Virus record (IMG/VR): IMGVR_UViG_2541047755_000009
Reading direction: 5' to 3' (one strand)
Source of the DNA: a virus
Lineage: Duplodnaviria; Heunggongvirae; Uroviricota; Caudoviricetes
Length of the DNA: 40,602 nt
Made by a program: the position numbers and the translations under genes. The notes under the pieces are model-generated. The model ran no database searches. It saw only the letters and a list, made by a program, of their open reading frames with translations, and was not told the DNA's origin. This document shows positions 17,705 to 27,057 of the stretch, piece after piece; the first letter of the stretch is position 1; the number at the start of each line of letters is the position of its first letter.

Positions 17705-20175
17705 CAGAATCCCCCAACAGTAAGGCGAGGAATAACGGCAAGAACAGACAGCGGCAACGGATCAAGCTGACGGATTTTTACACGTCCGTTTTTGCCCCAG
17801 TTACTGTCCAGTTTCACTTCTACTTTTCCGGTAGCATCATCAACAGGATCATCGTAGAACTCGAATTCACGCTGTGGATATTCGTACCATTTACCGCCGG
17901 GCGTAGTCGCCCAGATGCCGCGACTGGCATTCACAACCAGAGTAACGGAGGGGATCACCTGTTTTTTGTCCAGCAGCGTTTCCTGTCCGTTAATGTTGAT
18001 ATCCAGTGTTTCGAATTCAGCAGTTATTGGCAGGCCGATGTGCACTACAGCCCCCGGAGATTCCAGCGTGACGGCACCTCTGGAAACCACTTTCTGTGGT
18101 TCCACGTTCGCATCAGAGAGAATGTTTACGGTCTGGCCTTCAAGATGAGACAGGCCTCCAAATGTCCGGCGCGCCATCTGCCAGTTCGTGGTGGCCACAT
18201 TCCTGAGGGATGGCGGGACGTTCCTGTTAGCACGAACCACTACAGCGGTATTGCTGGTTACAGAAATAATGTCGCAACGTAATTCTTTTGACACTTCATC
18301 GCCAGTACCAGGATCAGTTCCGGTATAAGGGAACTGTAGTTGCGCGCCGACATCACTACTGGTGAAGTACGCACCACCAGAAACACTGATTGTATATTCT
18401 GCACGGTAATCCCATTCACCAGAACCACCAGTGATGGTCATCGTTCTGTCAGACGTATTTCTTCCATCATAGCTAAGGCCAGAATCAACAAAGAAAGCAT
18501 CTTCATCGCTGGTAAATAAACGGCTGGACAGTCGCTCGATGTATCTCACTGTTTGCCCGTTAACGGTTCGGTTAATGACGAAATACACCGCATCTTCATT
18601 GCCTTCGCTGATACTGCATGTGCTTTCATATTTTCCGGTACTGGACTGTGGTGCCCATGCAAAAACCTGTTGATCACGCAAATAGGTCATCACCAGTAAT
18701 TTACCGTCATCACGAATGCAGAAGGCGCTGGAGTAAGGGACAATAGAGAAGCACCAGTCAACAATGCTGTGCTTCTGAAAAAGATGATTGGCAAGGATAG
18801 TAAGGTCGTTCCCCTGATAGCCGTCAACATCGAATGAGTAGGCCAGATCACGGACAACACTGCCTTTCTCCTGTACGAACAGAGCAATATTCGCCACGGC
18901 AATTGGTGGGACATTGCTCGAGCCATTTGATCCCTGAGAGCTGAATGCAAATGATGATGGGGTTAACACTTTGTTCTGGTCGCCGGTGATGACGTACTCA
19001 CCTCCGGAAGTCAGCGCCACCAGCGAACCAACATCAATCAGGTGGCGGATCTCATTAACCTGACGCCCGGCATAGGTGTAGATAATTCTGTCGTCATCCT
19101 GCGTAGGATTGCTTTTGCCAAAATCCTTATAATCCCCGGTACGGCTGGCCCAGATAGTCTGAGGGAACGCAGTCGATGCGGCGAAGTAAAGACGCTGTTG
19201 ATAATAAACAACAGTGCCAGGATAACCATTAACACTGTTCCAGGCATATTTAGCCCATTTATAGCTGGCATTATCCTCGCCAACTACCTGCGAAGGGATA
19301 TAGGAAATCACCTCAGCAGTTGCAGTAGTGCCATTTACAGCAGTTATACGGGCAATGCCAAAACCACTGTGCAGATACTCCCACTCAATGCCAGTATCAT
19401 CATCACCGGATCCGCCCCAGCCATCCCATGATGTGCCTTCTGTATGCGAAGGGCGCAAAGTGCCTGTTTTGCCTGCTGTAACGGCTCGATAGTAGTTACT
19501 GTCTGCACGGCGAATATCGCCAATCGACGTACTCTTACTGGTTTCCCATACCGGCACTGAATCCACTGCAGGCTGTTCCAGATAGAACAATTTGCCTACC
19601 TGCTCCGCGCCAAAAATAGAGGCGCTTGCCGTTAACGTAATTGTCCCGGTGCTGGCGCTGGCATAAACCGTCACTGACTCGTCAATATTGATATCTTCAA
19701 ATGGCCCGTTCTTCGTTACCACATCAACCAGTTGCCAGTTGTCATGAGCATATCGGCGCAACTCTTTCGGCGGGTATGCCGGGTGAACCAGCGTAAGCAC
19801 GTCGGCGCTTTGCGTGAATTTAATTCGGAACAGATCGGCTTCAGTATATGGCGTGGCAATTTCATAAATAACATTGCTGCTGTTCAGCACCAACGCACCA
19901 TCTTTGATAACGCGCATGTACTGGTGTCCGAACTCCAGAGCATAGGTCTGAACCGTCGAGAACTGGAACGGGATCAGGCGGCATTTCCGATTTGGGTATT
20001 TGGCGGCACCGACAAAACGCGTACCAGGTCGATTCTCAACGCCGCCATACTGCCGCACGATAAAGTTATCGCACTTGCGCAATGCCACCTGGTACTTCGC
20101 CATGTCGATACGACCGTACAACGACGGTCCAATCTCACCACCGGCAAAGCTGGGCTGGATCCAACTGATAGCCAT
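17704..20175 (-). CDS. tail protein (tube/hub candidate)
   Basis: 823 aa; between head genes and ejection proteins. Confidence 0.55.
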   Translation of the reverse strand: MAISWIQPSFAGGEIGPSLYGRIDMAKYQVALRKCDNFIVRQYGGVENRPGTRFVGAAKYPNRKCRLIPFQFSTVQTYALEFGHQYMRVIKDGALVLNSSNVIYEIATPYTEADLFRIKFTQSADVLTLVHPAYPPKELRRYAHDNWQLVDVVTKNGPFEDINIDESVTVYASASTGTITLTASASIFGAEQVGKLFYLEQPAVDSVPVWETSKSTSIGDIRRADSNYYRAVTAGKTGTLRPSHTEGTSWDGWGGSGDDDTGIEWEYLHSGFGIARITAVNGTTATAEVISYIPSQVVGEDNASYKWAKYAWNSVNGYPGTVVYYQQRLYFAASTAFPQTIWASRTGDYKDFGKSNPTQDDDRIIYTYAGRQVNEIRHLIDVGSLVALTSGGEYVITGDQNKVLTPSSFAFSSQGSNGSSNVPPIAVANIALFVQEKGSVVRDLAYSFDVDGYQGNDLTILANHLFQKHSIVDWCFSIVPYSSAFCIRDDGKLLVMTYLRDQQVFAWAPQSSTGKYESTCSISEGNEDAVYFVINRTVNGQTVRYIERLSSRLFTSDEDAFFVDSGLSYDGRNTSDRTMTITGGSGEWDYRAEYTISVSGGAYFTSSDVGAQLQFPYTGTDPGTGDEVSKELRCDIISVTSNTAVVVRANRNVPPSLRNVATTNWQMARRTFGGLSHLEGQTVNILSDANVEPQKVVSRGAVTLESPGAVVHIGLPITAEFETLDININGQETLLDKKQVIPSVTLVVNASRGIWATTPGGKWYEYPQREFEFYDDPVDDATGKVEVKLDSNWGKNGRVKIRQLDPLPLSVLAVIPRLTVGGF

Positions 20176-20780
20176 CAGGACAACCTCGCAATGGTAAACT
20201 CGTCAACCGGTGGCTGTGGTTCCTGTGATTCATTCTGGCTATGCGAGCCAGCACTAAGAATCACGCGATTGTACATATTGAGGGCAAACGTACCGAGGTC
20301 TGCATTCCCAGTCAGCGCCATGTTAATGGCTGCCGCAAGACGCCAGGCCAACGCCTCCATAAAAATGGCATCAAACATGTTCACATCTGAAACGCGAGAT
20401 ACATACTTGAGCCATGCCTGCGGCTGGTCTGTGTAGATCAACTTTCCTGTTCCGTTGGTGTCTGCACCAACTTCGTACTGAACGCGCATTGCTGCTGTTG
20501 GATTGCGTACACCAGGAAGCATAATTTCAGTAATGCGCAGACAATCGGACGGGTACTGGTACGCATATTCCCAGTCAGGCGGTGGATTGCTCGTATCTGC
20601 AAGCGCCACGCGTTTGGTAGCAAAGTTCCAGTCAAAATCAGAAAGCACAGCATCACGGCAGGCCTCAAAGTGCAGCGAACATTCCCCCGCTTCCTTGCTG
20701 GCTTCCGTCAGGCTGTTAATACTGCGGCTATTGCCAATATTGGACAGCGCACGATTGCAGATCTCTACTACAGAGGCCAT
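20175..20780 (-). CDS. head-tail adaptor or tail protein (hypothetical)
   Basis: 201 aa; coupled stop/start with flanking genes. Confidence 0.45.
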   Translation of the reverse strand: MASVVEICNRALSNIGNSRSINSLTEASKEAGECSLHFEACRDAVLSDFDWNFATKRVALADTSNPPPDWEYAYQYPSDCLRITEIMLPGVRNPTAAMRVQYEVGADTNGTGKLIYTDQPQAWLKYVSRVSDVNMFDAIFMEALAWRLAAAINMALTGNADLGTFALNMYNRVILSAGSHSQNESQEPQPPVDEFTIARLS

Positions 20781-21109
20781 TACTCACCCCCATTGCCGTA
20801 CAGGGTTTCAGCCGCTGATTTTTCTACATCCCCGGAAACAGGAGCGATCGCCATATCAGTGATCTGCAGATCGGCGCTGCGATTAACACCATCGTCAGTT
20901 TCTCTGGCAGACAGGCCTCGAATAACAGCTTTTGCAGTTATCATCACTTCTGTTCCGACGCCCTGAGGTTGCGCCTTCAGCTTATTCAATGTGTCGTTAT
21001 TAAGAGTGATGCACAGCCCCCACGGGTATTCATCGCGAGTTCTGGTTTCTCCGCTCTCATCCTGGTAGCTGTCAGTGCCGGTTTTGAGGTTTACGAGTTC
21101 CATATACAC
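20780..21109 (-). CDS. small structural protein (hypothetical)
   Basis: 109 aa; GGAG RBS; late operon. Confidence 0.45.
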   Translation of the reverse strand: MYMELVNLKTGTDSYQDESGETRTRDEYPWGLCITLNNDTLNKLKAQPQGVGTEVMITAKAVIRGLSARETDDGVNRSADLQITDMAIAPVSGDVEKSAAETLYGNGGE

Positions 21110-21153
21110 TCCTGCAATAAAGGGGCCGAAGCCCCTTGTCGGATTCGCGAGGC

Positions 21154-21489
21154 TTACACGCCTAGTTCTTTACGCTTATCTGCGATCTTCTCGCGGAGCG
21201 TTTCGGCTTTAGCGTTATGGTGTGGCTTCTCGTTAAAGAGCAATTCGTACTCTTCACGGAGCTTATCCAGTTCACCATCATCTGACACATCGTTGATGAT
21301 TTTGGTGCTGGTTGCTGCCATTGACACCTTTCCTGCAACTTTTGCTTTTGCCTGTCTGGCTGCATCGTTAACAGGTTCCAGTGCGCTACCAGGCTCACCT
21401 TCGTATTCGATTTCTGCCCCCTCCGGCCACAGAGTGTTATGGATATGAGAGAGGCGCAGAACGCGGTATCTTGGTTTCTCACCTGACAT
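21154..21489 (-). CDS. small structural protein (hypothetical)
   Basis: ATG at 21489 with AAGGTGA RBS (track ORF extends to GTG 21498). Confidence 0.45.
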   Translation of the reverse strand: MSGEKPRYRVLRLSHIHNTLWPEGAEIEYEGEPGSALEPVNDAARQAKAKVAGKVSMAATSTKIINDVSDDGELDKLREEYELLFNEKPHHNAKAETLREKIADKRKELGV

Positions 21490-21499
21490 CGATATCACC

Positions 21500-21937
21500 T
21501 TAACCAGTTACTTTTGAGCGGATCGGATACGGCGTATTGGCATCAACATCAAGACTGATACCAGCAGTGAATTCGCCAGCCGTTAGTGGGCCAGTTGCGA
21601 CGGAGTAGTTAACACGCAGATATCGCTGAACACCGGCAGGCACCTTTGCAGAAACAACTCGTTTACCTGCTGTCAGGGCGGTCTTTGCCAGTGCGCCACT
21701 ATCATAAATAGTGGTCCATGAGCTGTTATTCTCACTCGTCTGCAACTGGATGTTTACAGTTGCATCACCGCTTGCCGCGGCGGCTGTGTTAACCAGCGCC
21801 CAAAACTCAAGCGGGTAACCCACGCCGATATCACGACGTTTTCCGTCAATTGGACCGAGATCGATTACGTCAGTAGAAGCCGCGGTATTCGTAACCGCCT
21901 GAGCTTCGGAGAACATCAACAGTTTGTCGGTGATCAT
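21500..21937 (-). CDS. capsid decoration/accessory protein candidate
   Basis: 145 aa, Thr/Ala/Ser-rich, immediately downstream of the major capsid gene. Confidence 0.4.
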   Translation of the reverse strand: MITDKLLMFSEAQAVTNTAASTDVIDLGPIDGKRRDIGVGYPLEFWALVNTAAAASGDATVNIQLQTSENNSSWTTIYDSGALAKTALTAGKRVVSAKVPAGVQRYLRVNYSVATGPLTAGEFTAGISLDVDANTPYPIRSKVTG

Positions 21938-21952
21938 CTTCTTTCTCCATTA

Positions 21953-21972
21953 GTGGGTCTGTTACGACCCAC
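21953..21972 (-). other. stem-loop immediately 3' of the major capsid gene
   Basis: 7-bp stem GTGGGTC / GACCCAC with 6-nt loop, followed by the RBS of the next gene; may stabilise or attenuate the transcript. Confidence 0.4.
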
Positions 21973-21988
21973 AGGTTAATAACAGGCG

Positions 21989-22975
21989 TTACACCACGCG
22001 GGCTTCTGTTTCCAGAAGCGCATCAGTTTCACGGATTGGTACACCACGGAATGAAGTCCACCACTCGCCTTCTGTCTCTTTTACGCTGATCGCCAGAGAT
22101 GTTTTCTCCAGAGATTGCAGATCAAGAGCCTGGCCTACAGTGCGGTTCATGTAGAACACCGGGCGACCCATGCCACGATTTGGAATGCGATGCAGTGCTT
22201 TAACCATCAACTTCGCAATATTTGCGGCAGAGGAAGGTTCTGAAAGATTGCTGACATCGATGTTTGCAATGCGAACAACATAACGCCAGTCACGCAGAGC
22301 AAGTCCGTTGTCCCATTTGTAATGGGTACGGTAGCCTTCGTACTTGCCGCCATTAGCATCTTCCAGTGTCACCTGGCCTTTATCTTCCATCTGAATGCCA
22401 GCCTTCTGCCCTTTCGGGAAGATGCCATGCACGGTGTTTTCGCCCCACACCACTAACCAGATTGAGGTGTTATCTGTACCCGTGCCACCAGCATCAATGA
22501 TGTTCTGAGCATTACCTGCAGACAGGCTGGAATAGCGGGAGGACAGTCCCATAAACTGCTGAGGGTTAACGCTGGAATCACCATAAAACAGCGTCTGCGC
22601 CATCTGCTGATTCATCGCTTCAATAAATGCGCGGTCTTCAGACAGGCGGAATTCGGCGGTATTGCCGTTCAGATCAGCCAGTGACTTATCGACTTCAGCA
22701 TAGGTTTCCAGCATGCCAACGGAATCGGTTACCTGCACTGTGGTTGATTTGCTTGGCTGTACGCCATAGTTCAGCAAACGCCAGGTAGCTGAAGGTAAAC
22801 CAGAACGAATGGTGGTTCGGTGTCCGGTAGGAAGGTTCCCTTCGACAAAAGGCATATCCTGAAGGATCGGGTTAGTTTGACCGAGAAGCTCGATAATCTT
22901 ATCGACTTTCCCGTTTGGATCGACGCGCTTACCCCAGTCAGCCAGCGTTAGCGCAGTTAAGCCTTTAACAGCCAT
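21989..22975 (-). CDS. major capsid protein
   Basis: about 330 aa directly after the scaffold gene; GAGAGGA RBS; post-gene hairpin; call rests mainly on position and size. Confidence 0.6.
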   Translation of the reverse strand: MAVKGLTALTLADWGKRVDPNGKVDKIIELLGQTNPILQDMPFVEGNLPTGHRTTIRSGLPSATWRLLNYGVQPSKSTTVQVTDSVGMLETYAEVDKSLADLNGNTAEFRLSEDRAFIEAMNQQMAQTLFYGDSSVNPQQFMGLSSRYSSLSAGNAQNIIDAGGTGTDNTSIWLVVWGENTVHGIFPKGQKAGIQMEDKGQVTLEDANGGKYEGYRTHYKWDNGLALRDWRYVVRIANIDVSNLSEPSSAANIAKLMVKALHRIPNRGMGRPVFYMNRTVGQALDLQSLEKTSLAISVKETEGEWWTSFRGVPIRETDALLETEARVV

Positions 22976-22989
22976 TGTCATTTCCTCTC

Positions 22990-23685
22990 TTATTTGCCAT
23001 AGAGCACTTCGGCCGCACTACGCTGGCCTTCATTACCACCGGTGACCATGCCATCTTCAGACATCGCCTTTCCGATTTTCACGAACGTTTTGACCAGATC
23101 AGGGTGATTACCCAGCCCGGTGGTGTTCAGATATTCTTTGAGTTCAGGTGTCCCGAACTGGTCAAGCGCACGCTGTGCGGCGCTAAGGTTAGAAATCAAC
23201 TTGTCGCCACCGATTTCTTTGTCAGCTTTTACATCAGCAGCCCACTGCTCGGTTGTTTTCTGCCAGGCTTCTGCCTGGCGCTGCTGCACACCTGCCAGAA
23301 TCTTCGGATAAGCATCAACCAGCTTTTGCGCTTGCTCGTTGGTCAGGTTAAGTTCTCGCGCCACCGGCTCGAATTCCTTCAACGCTTCTGTATCCAGCTC
23401 TACGCCTTCGGCAGCCTGAAACTCGTACTTCTCAGGCGCACCCTCTGGTTTATCGCCGTCCTTTTTTTCATCCTGCTTATCGTTTTCAGGCTTTTTGTCA
23501 TCAGCAGGTTTATCGCCATCAGCAACAGGTTGTGGCTTATCACCTTCCGATTGTGATGGATCACCAACTGGAGCAGGGTTATCACCTGCAGGCGCTGACG
23601 GTTCTGACGCAGCCGGAGCTGCTCCACCATCGACTGGTTGCTCATTGCAAAGACGGCGATACAGCAAACGCTCAAATAAATTCAT
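22990..23685 (-). CDS. scaffolding protein
   Basis: acidic, Pro/Ala/Asp/Lys-rich low-complexity N-terminal half plus helical C-terminal half; AGGAG RBS before ATG 23685. Confidence 0.6.
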   Translation of the reverse strand: MNLFERLLYRRLCNEQPVDGGAAPAASEPSAPAGDNPAPVGDPSQSEGDKPQPVADGDKPADDKKPENDKQDEKKDGDKPEGAPEKYEFQAAEGVELDTEALKEFEPVARELNLTNEQAQKLVDAYPKILAGVQQRQAEAWQKTTEQWAADVKADKEIGGDKLISNLSAAQRALDQFGTPELKEYLNTTGLGNHPDLVKTFVKIGKAMSEDGMVTGGNEGQRSAAEVLYGK

Positions 23686-23687
23686 GA

Positions 23688-23984
23688 TCACTCCTGTTCA
23701 CTGGCCTCTTTGGCCATCTTCAAATACTGTTCAGGGCAATGCGCCATAACGCGCTGAAACAGTTCCAGCGCCAGATTGCGTTGCCCCTCATTAAATGCCA
23801 TTGCCATAGCGTCCATCGGTGAGATAGCGGAAAACACACGGCCTTTCTCCAGCACCGACCAGACAACGCGACGCCCCTGTTCACTGCTCATGACAAAGCG
23901 AATGTCATCAATTTCACGCTGTGCCATGTCACGTTGCTTACGGGCGCTTTCTTCTTTCAGTTGATCATCTTCGTAATCTGTCAT
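23688..23984 (-). CDS. small acidic head-morphogenesis-region protein (hypothetical)
   Basis: 98 aa between portal and scaffold genes; ATGA overlap with the portal stop. Confidence 0.45.
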   Translation of the reverse strand: MTDYEDDQLKEESARKQRDMAQREIDDIRFVMSSEQGRRVVWSVLEKGRVFSAISPMDAMAMAFNEGQRNLALELFQRVMAHCPEQYLKMAKEASEQE

Positions 23985-25660
23985 TGTGATTGCCCACCCT
24001 GACCACTAACTGCATTCGCCATAGCTGACAAAACACTCGGATCCGAAGTTTTAGCTTCGCTTAGCGTCTTGGCGCCCTGTGCCGCCGCCATTCCCATCGC
24101 CATCATTTGTTGCTGCTGTTGCTGCTGTGCCCGTTGCTGGCGAGCCTGCTCAACCTGTTCCTGCGGAACAATGACGGTTGGAGACACTCCGGACATATCA
24201 GCGAATGCATCGATCGCCTGATCAACGTTGAGTTTGTCGAGAGCTTCTGGTTTCGCTTGCGCAAGTTGACCAATGAAGTTGACCGTAGACGCCAGACTGG
24301 ACAGGCCGATAGACTTCTGCGCCTGAGCCATGACGGAAATGTATTCGACCTTCAGGGGCATACCTTCCATCGCGTCAGGCGGTGGCGGCAGCATGTTTTT
24401 ACGCACCATCATCGAGAAAGCGCGGTCAATGAGAGGATTAAGACATTCGTCGTTCAGACGCTCCAGAACCGGCCCCAACATCAGAAGTTTTTCTTCTTTC
24501 ATTTCGATCACCGCTTCAACAGGCATCGAGCGGGTATTGATGTTCTGCAACATCATGAACAGATCGACAAAGTAGGCGCTGTTAATGATTTGACGAGTGT
24601 CCTGAATGTCTGCCACCAAATCTGCTGTACTGGGGTTAACCAGATAAGCAGGCCTGAAACCATCCTGACCAGTAATCTGATCGATATACGTGATGTCGCC
24701 AGGAAGAAGGGAGGCACGCTGATTCTTGAGGGAAGTCGGAGCAACCATCGGCGGATTGGTGGCTTTATCAATCAACTGCGACTTGCGCTTCTGGAGAAGC
24801 TGCAATGCCTTAACAGGTCCAAGCGCCAGCATACCCGGGCATGATGATCCATAAACATCTTCGCCGTTAACTTCCCAGCGCGGAGCCATAATTGGAAACT
24901 CATCGAATCCGGACTCACGCAACAACTTGTCGTTATCGCCACCAACCTCGTAATAAACCGATTTGAATGGCTTGTTCTTGCTATCCAGCTTCGATGTATC
25001 GCGGTCAATGTTCGGGTAAACCGAATGCATCACTTCAATCCACTTCTCGTAGGTTCCGCTTTCCCACATGCTTTTTACGGATTCGCTGACGTTATTTAGC
25101 CCGAACTCCTGAACAAGCTGACGAACAGTCATAGAGAACTTGCGAAAACAGGTGTCCACACTGCCACGAGGTGAGTTAGCCAGGTAGTAACTGCCTATCG
25201 GGAATGGCATTGTGCGAATGATGTCCTCATCATCCTCCAGTACCGCCATTGCACCGGTGCTGTATGTGCCGAGGCTTCCGTATAACTGCGGCAGCGACTG
25301 ATAGAGATTCGACTTATTGAACATATCGTTCATGCGGTTCTGCACCGCCTCAAGCCACAACTTAACAGGGCCATAATCCATCATTTCAGGATCTGGCGTA
25401 GCCAGGCGAAACCACGGACGCGCGGGGCTTGTGATGCCTGACATCATGCCGCTGGCGAGAGTGCGCGCCGCCATAGTCCCGGTCGAATCAATAATGCGTG
25501 TATTGCGTCGATCGTTACGGTTGACCTCAGAAGTCAGAAAGCGGGAACCACGCGGGTTGATGTAATCACTCAACTCGCGCCAGTGCGGCTCGAACGACTG
25601 ACGCTCGCTTTCAAGTTGTGCGAACTGTTTGTTCAATCGCTCTTTAGTTGTTTCCGCCAT
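23981..25660 (-). CDS. portal protein
   Basis: 559 aa directly downstream of the terminase block; GGAG RBS; Gln/Ala-rich C-terminal tail. Confidence 0.75.
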   Translation of the reverse strand: MAETTKERLNKQFAQLESERQSFEPHWRELSDYINPRGSRFLTSEVNRNDRRNTRIIDSTGTMAARTLASGMMSGITSPARPWFRLATPDPEMMDYGPVKLWLEAVQNRMNDMFNKSNLYQSLPQLYGSLGTYSTGAMAVLEDDEDIIRTMPFPIGSYYLANSPRGSVDTCFRKFSMTVRQLVQEFGLNNVSESVKSMWESGTYEKWIEVMHSVYPNIDRDTSKLDSKNKPFKSVYYEVGGDNDKLLRESGFDEFPIMAPRWEVNGEDVYGSSCPGMLALGPVKALQLLQKRKSQLIDKATNPPMVAPTSLKNQRASLLPGDITYIDQITGQDGFRPAYLVNPSTADLVADIQDTRQIINSAYFVDLFMMLQNINTRSMPVEAVIEMKEEKLLMLGPVLERLNDECLNPLIDRAFSMMVRKNMLPPPPDAMEGMPLKVEYISVMAQAQKSIGLSSLASTVNFIGQLAQAKPEALDKLNVDQAIDAFADMSGVSPTVIVPQEQVEQARQQRAQQQQQQQMMAMGMAAAQGAKTLSEAKTSDPSVLSAMANAVSGQGGQSQ

Positions 25661-25674
25661 TTCAATGACTCCGG

Positions 25675-25881
25675 TTACTGACCAAGCAGCGTTTTACCGC
25701 TGGTATTAGCGGTTGATGTGTCGCCCTGAGAACCGGTAAGCAGCGTAGAACTACGACCAGCAGCAGCGCGACGGCGACGTGTTTCTTCGTCGCGGGCATC
25801 AACAACGGCGGCATCCTGCTCCTGTGGTGCTGCCTGAACTTCTGGTGTTGCAGGCACTGATGGTGAGCTACCCATGCACAT
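25675..25881 (-). CDS. small low-complexity protein upstream of portal (hypothetical)
   Basis: 68 aa; GGAG about 10 nt upstream of ATG. Confidence 0.35.
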   Translation of the reverse strand: MCMGSSPSVPATPEVQAAPQEQDAAVVDARDEETRRRRAAAGRSSTLLTGSQGDTSTANTSGKTLLGQ

Positions 25882-25970
25882 ATCAATGACTCCGTACGCA
25901 ATTAAATTATTACCAATTTAACCACATATGATTTATTTATCGTAGACAGTTGACATTTAACGCGCGAATT

Positions 25971-25987
25971 ATTACCTTTAAGGTAAC
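25971..25987. promoter_or_regulatory. operator-like palindrome ATTACC-TTTAA-GGTAAC (site C) next to a TTGACA hexamer
   Basis: same family as the immunity-region operators; lies between the late operon and the tRNA leader. Confidence 0.5.
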
Positions 25988-26315
25988 CAAAGAGTTCATT
26001 CCGGTTACTAACCTGACTGGCTTGTCGTTAAATTGAACAGGTGGAGTGAGCTTTTATTTTGAGCAGTACGGCGTATGGCACATGCGACGATAGCGGTCTG
26101 GATACGTTTAAGGGGCACCCTCCCTTGCTCGGGCAAACGAACCAGGTAGCCGGAATGTGCAAGTCGAGCGGTTTTATTCCGCGCACGGGGATTCACCATC
26201 CCGGCGATTCGGTGTGACGCCTCGGAAGAGACGAGGGTACAACGATGAGAGCATTGGATATTAGCGGGCTGTTCCACCCTACCTGATATCGAGCCAAACC
26301 AGTGCTCTCAGCGTT

Positions 26316-26392
26316 GTGGCATTAGCTCAGTTGGACAGAGCAACCGCCTTCTAAGCGGTTGGTCGCAGGTTCGAATCCTGCATGCCACGCCA
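26316..26392 (+). tRNA. tRNA-Arg, anticodon UCU (reads AGA)
   Basis: 77 nt cloverleaf: acceptor GTGGCAT / ATGCCAC, D-stem GCTC / GAGC with A20, anticodon stem ACCGC / GCGGT, loop CTTCTAA, T-arm GCAGG-TTCGAAT-CCTGC, G73, encoded CCA. Confidence 0.9.
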
Positions 26393-26436
26393 GAATCACG
26401 CCTAAGGACCGTGATGCCAGAAGTTCCAGGGGATTG

Positions 26437-26477
26437 GCGGTGATGGTTTCCCTTGAAGGACTATCACCGCCCTTTTT
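26437..26477 (+). terminator. rho-independent terminator downstream of the tRNA
   Basis: GGCGGTGAT...ATCACCGCC stem followed by CTTTTT. Confidence 0.65.
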
Positions 26478-26555
26478 ACAGCAGGACGCCATTGCGATGA
26501 CTTCATGCTGTAAACCAGTACAGCCACGGAAGGCATAACTCATTGCTTCCAGTTC

Positions 26556-26579
26556 GCCCGGTTCGCCGGGCATTTTTTT
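26556..26579 (+). terminator. second hairpin plus T-run directly upstream of the 26596 gene RBS (terminator or attenuator)
   Basis: GCCCGG-ttcg-CCGGGC followed by ATTTTTTT. Confidence 0.55.
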
Positions 26580-26595
26580 AAGGTGAGAATAGACT

Positions 26596-26967
26596 ATGAG
26601 TGACAAAGACATTGAATCTGAAATTCAGGCTAAAGGTTTAGCCGCGCCGCGCGTTACGCCAGACCATATCGAGAGCATTATTGCTCAGGAGGCATATTTC
26701 ACAGCAGAAGATGGTGTCTTTGGCGTAGCCATAAAAGCGAAACATACTGGCGGAGAGGTAAACTACCAGCCGCACGAATCACTTTCTCTGCTGACATTCT
26801 GCGTTCTGGTGCTGCGCAACGGCTTCACCGTCACCGGAGAGAGCGCCTGTGCAAGCCCGGAAAACTTTGATGCGGAAATTGGTCGGAAGATTGCCCGGCA
26901 GAATGCTGTAAACAAAATCTGGATGCTTGAAGGTTACTTGCTGAAGCAGAAGTTAAGCGAGCAATAA
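26596..26967 (+). CDS. conserved phage protein, tentatively Gp49 / Sf6-gene-66-like
   Basis: 123 aa; AAGGTGAG RBS; family assignment from memory only. Confidence 0.4.
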   Translation: MSDKDIESEIQAKGLAAPRVTPDHIESIIAQEAYFTAEDGVFGVAIKAKHTGGEVNYQPHESLSLLTFCVLVLRNGFTVTGESACASPENFDAEIGRKIARQNAVNKIWMLEGYLLKQKLSEQ

Positions 26968-26971
26968 CACC

Positions 26972-26983
26972 GTGACATGTCAC
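26972..26983. repeat. 12-bp perfect palindrome GTGACATGTCAC, copy 2 of 3
   Basis: between the convergent ends of the 26596 gene and the large terminase gene. Confidence 0.8.
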
Positions 26984-27057
26984 AAACAGCCAGCCGATGA
27001 GCTGGCTTTGTTTTATCCTCACCAGAGGATATCAGCAGCATTATCCCCTCCAGAGGA

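Noticed and set aside
26008-26277. 89-aa minus-strand ORF upstream of the tRNA
   Set aside because: No RBS, stop-rich neighbouring frames and GC-rich hairpin-prone sequence; more likely tRNA leader or non-coding RNA
26316-26392. tRNA first read as an amber-suppressor (anticodon CUA)
   Set aside because: With the 5-bp anticodon stem ACCGC / GCGGT placed correctly the 7-nt loop is CTTCTAA, so the anticodon is UCU (Arg); the CUA reading came from a mis-registered stem
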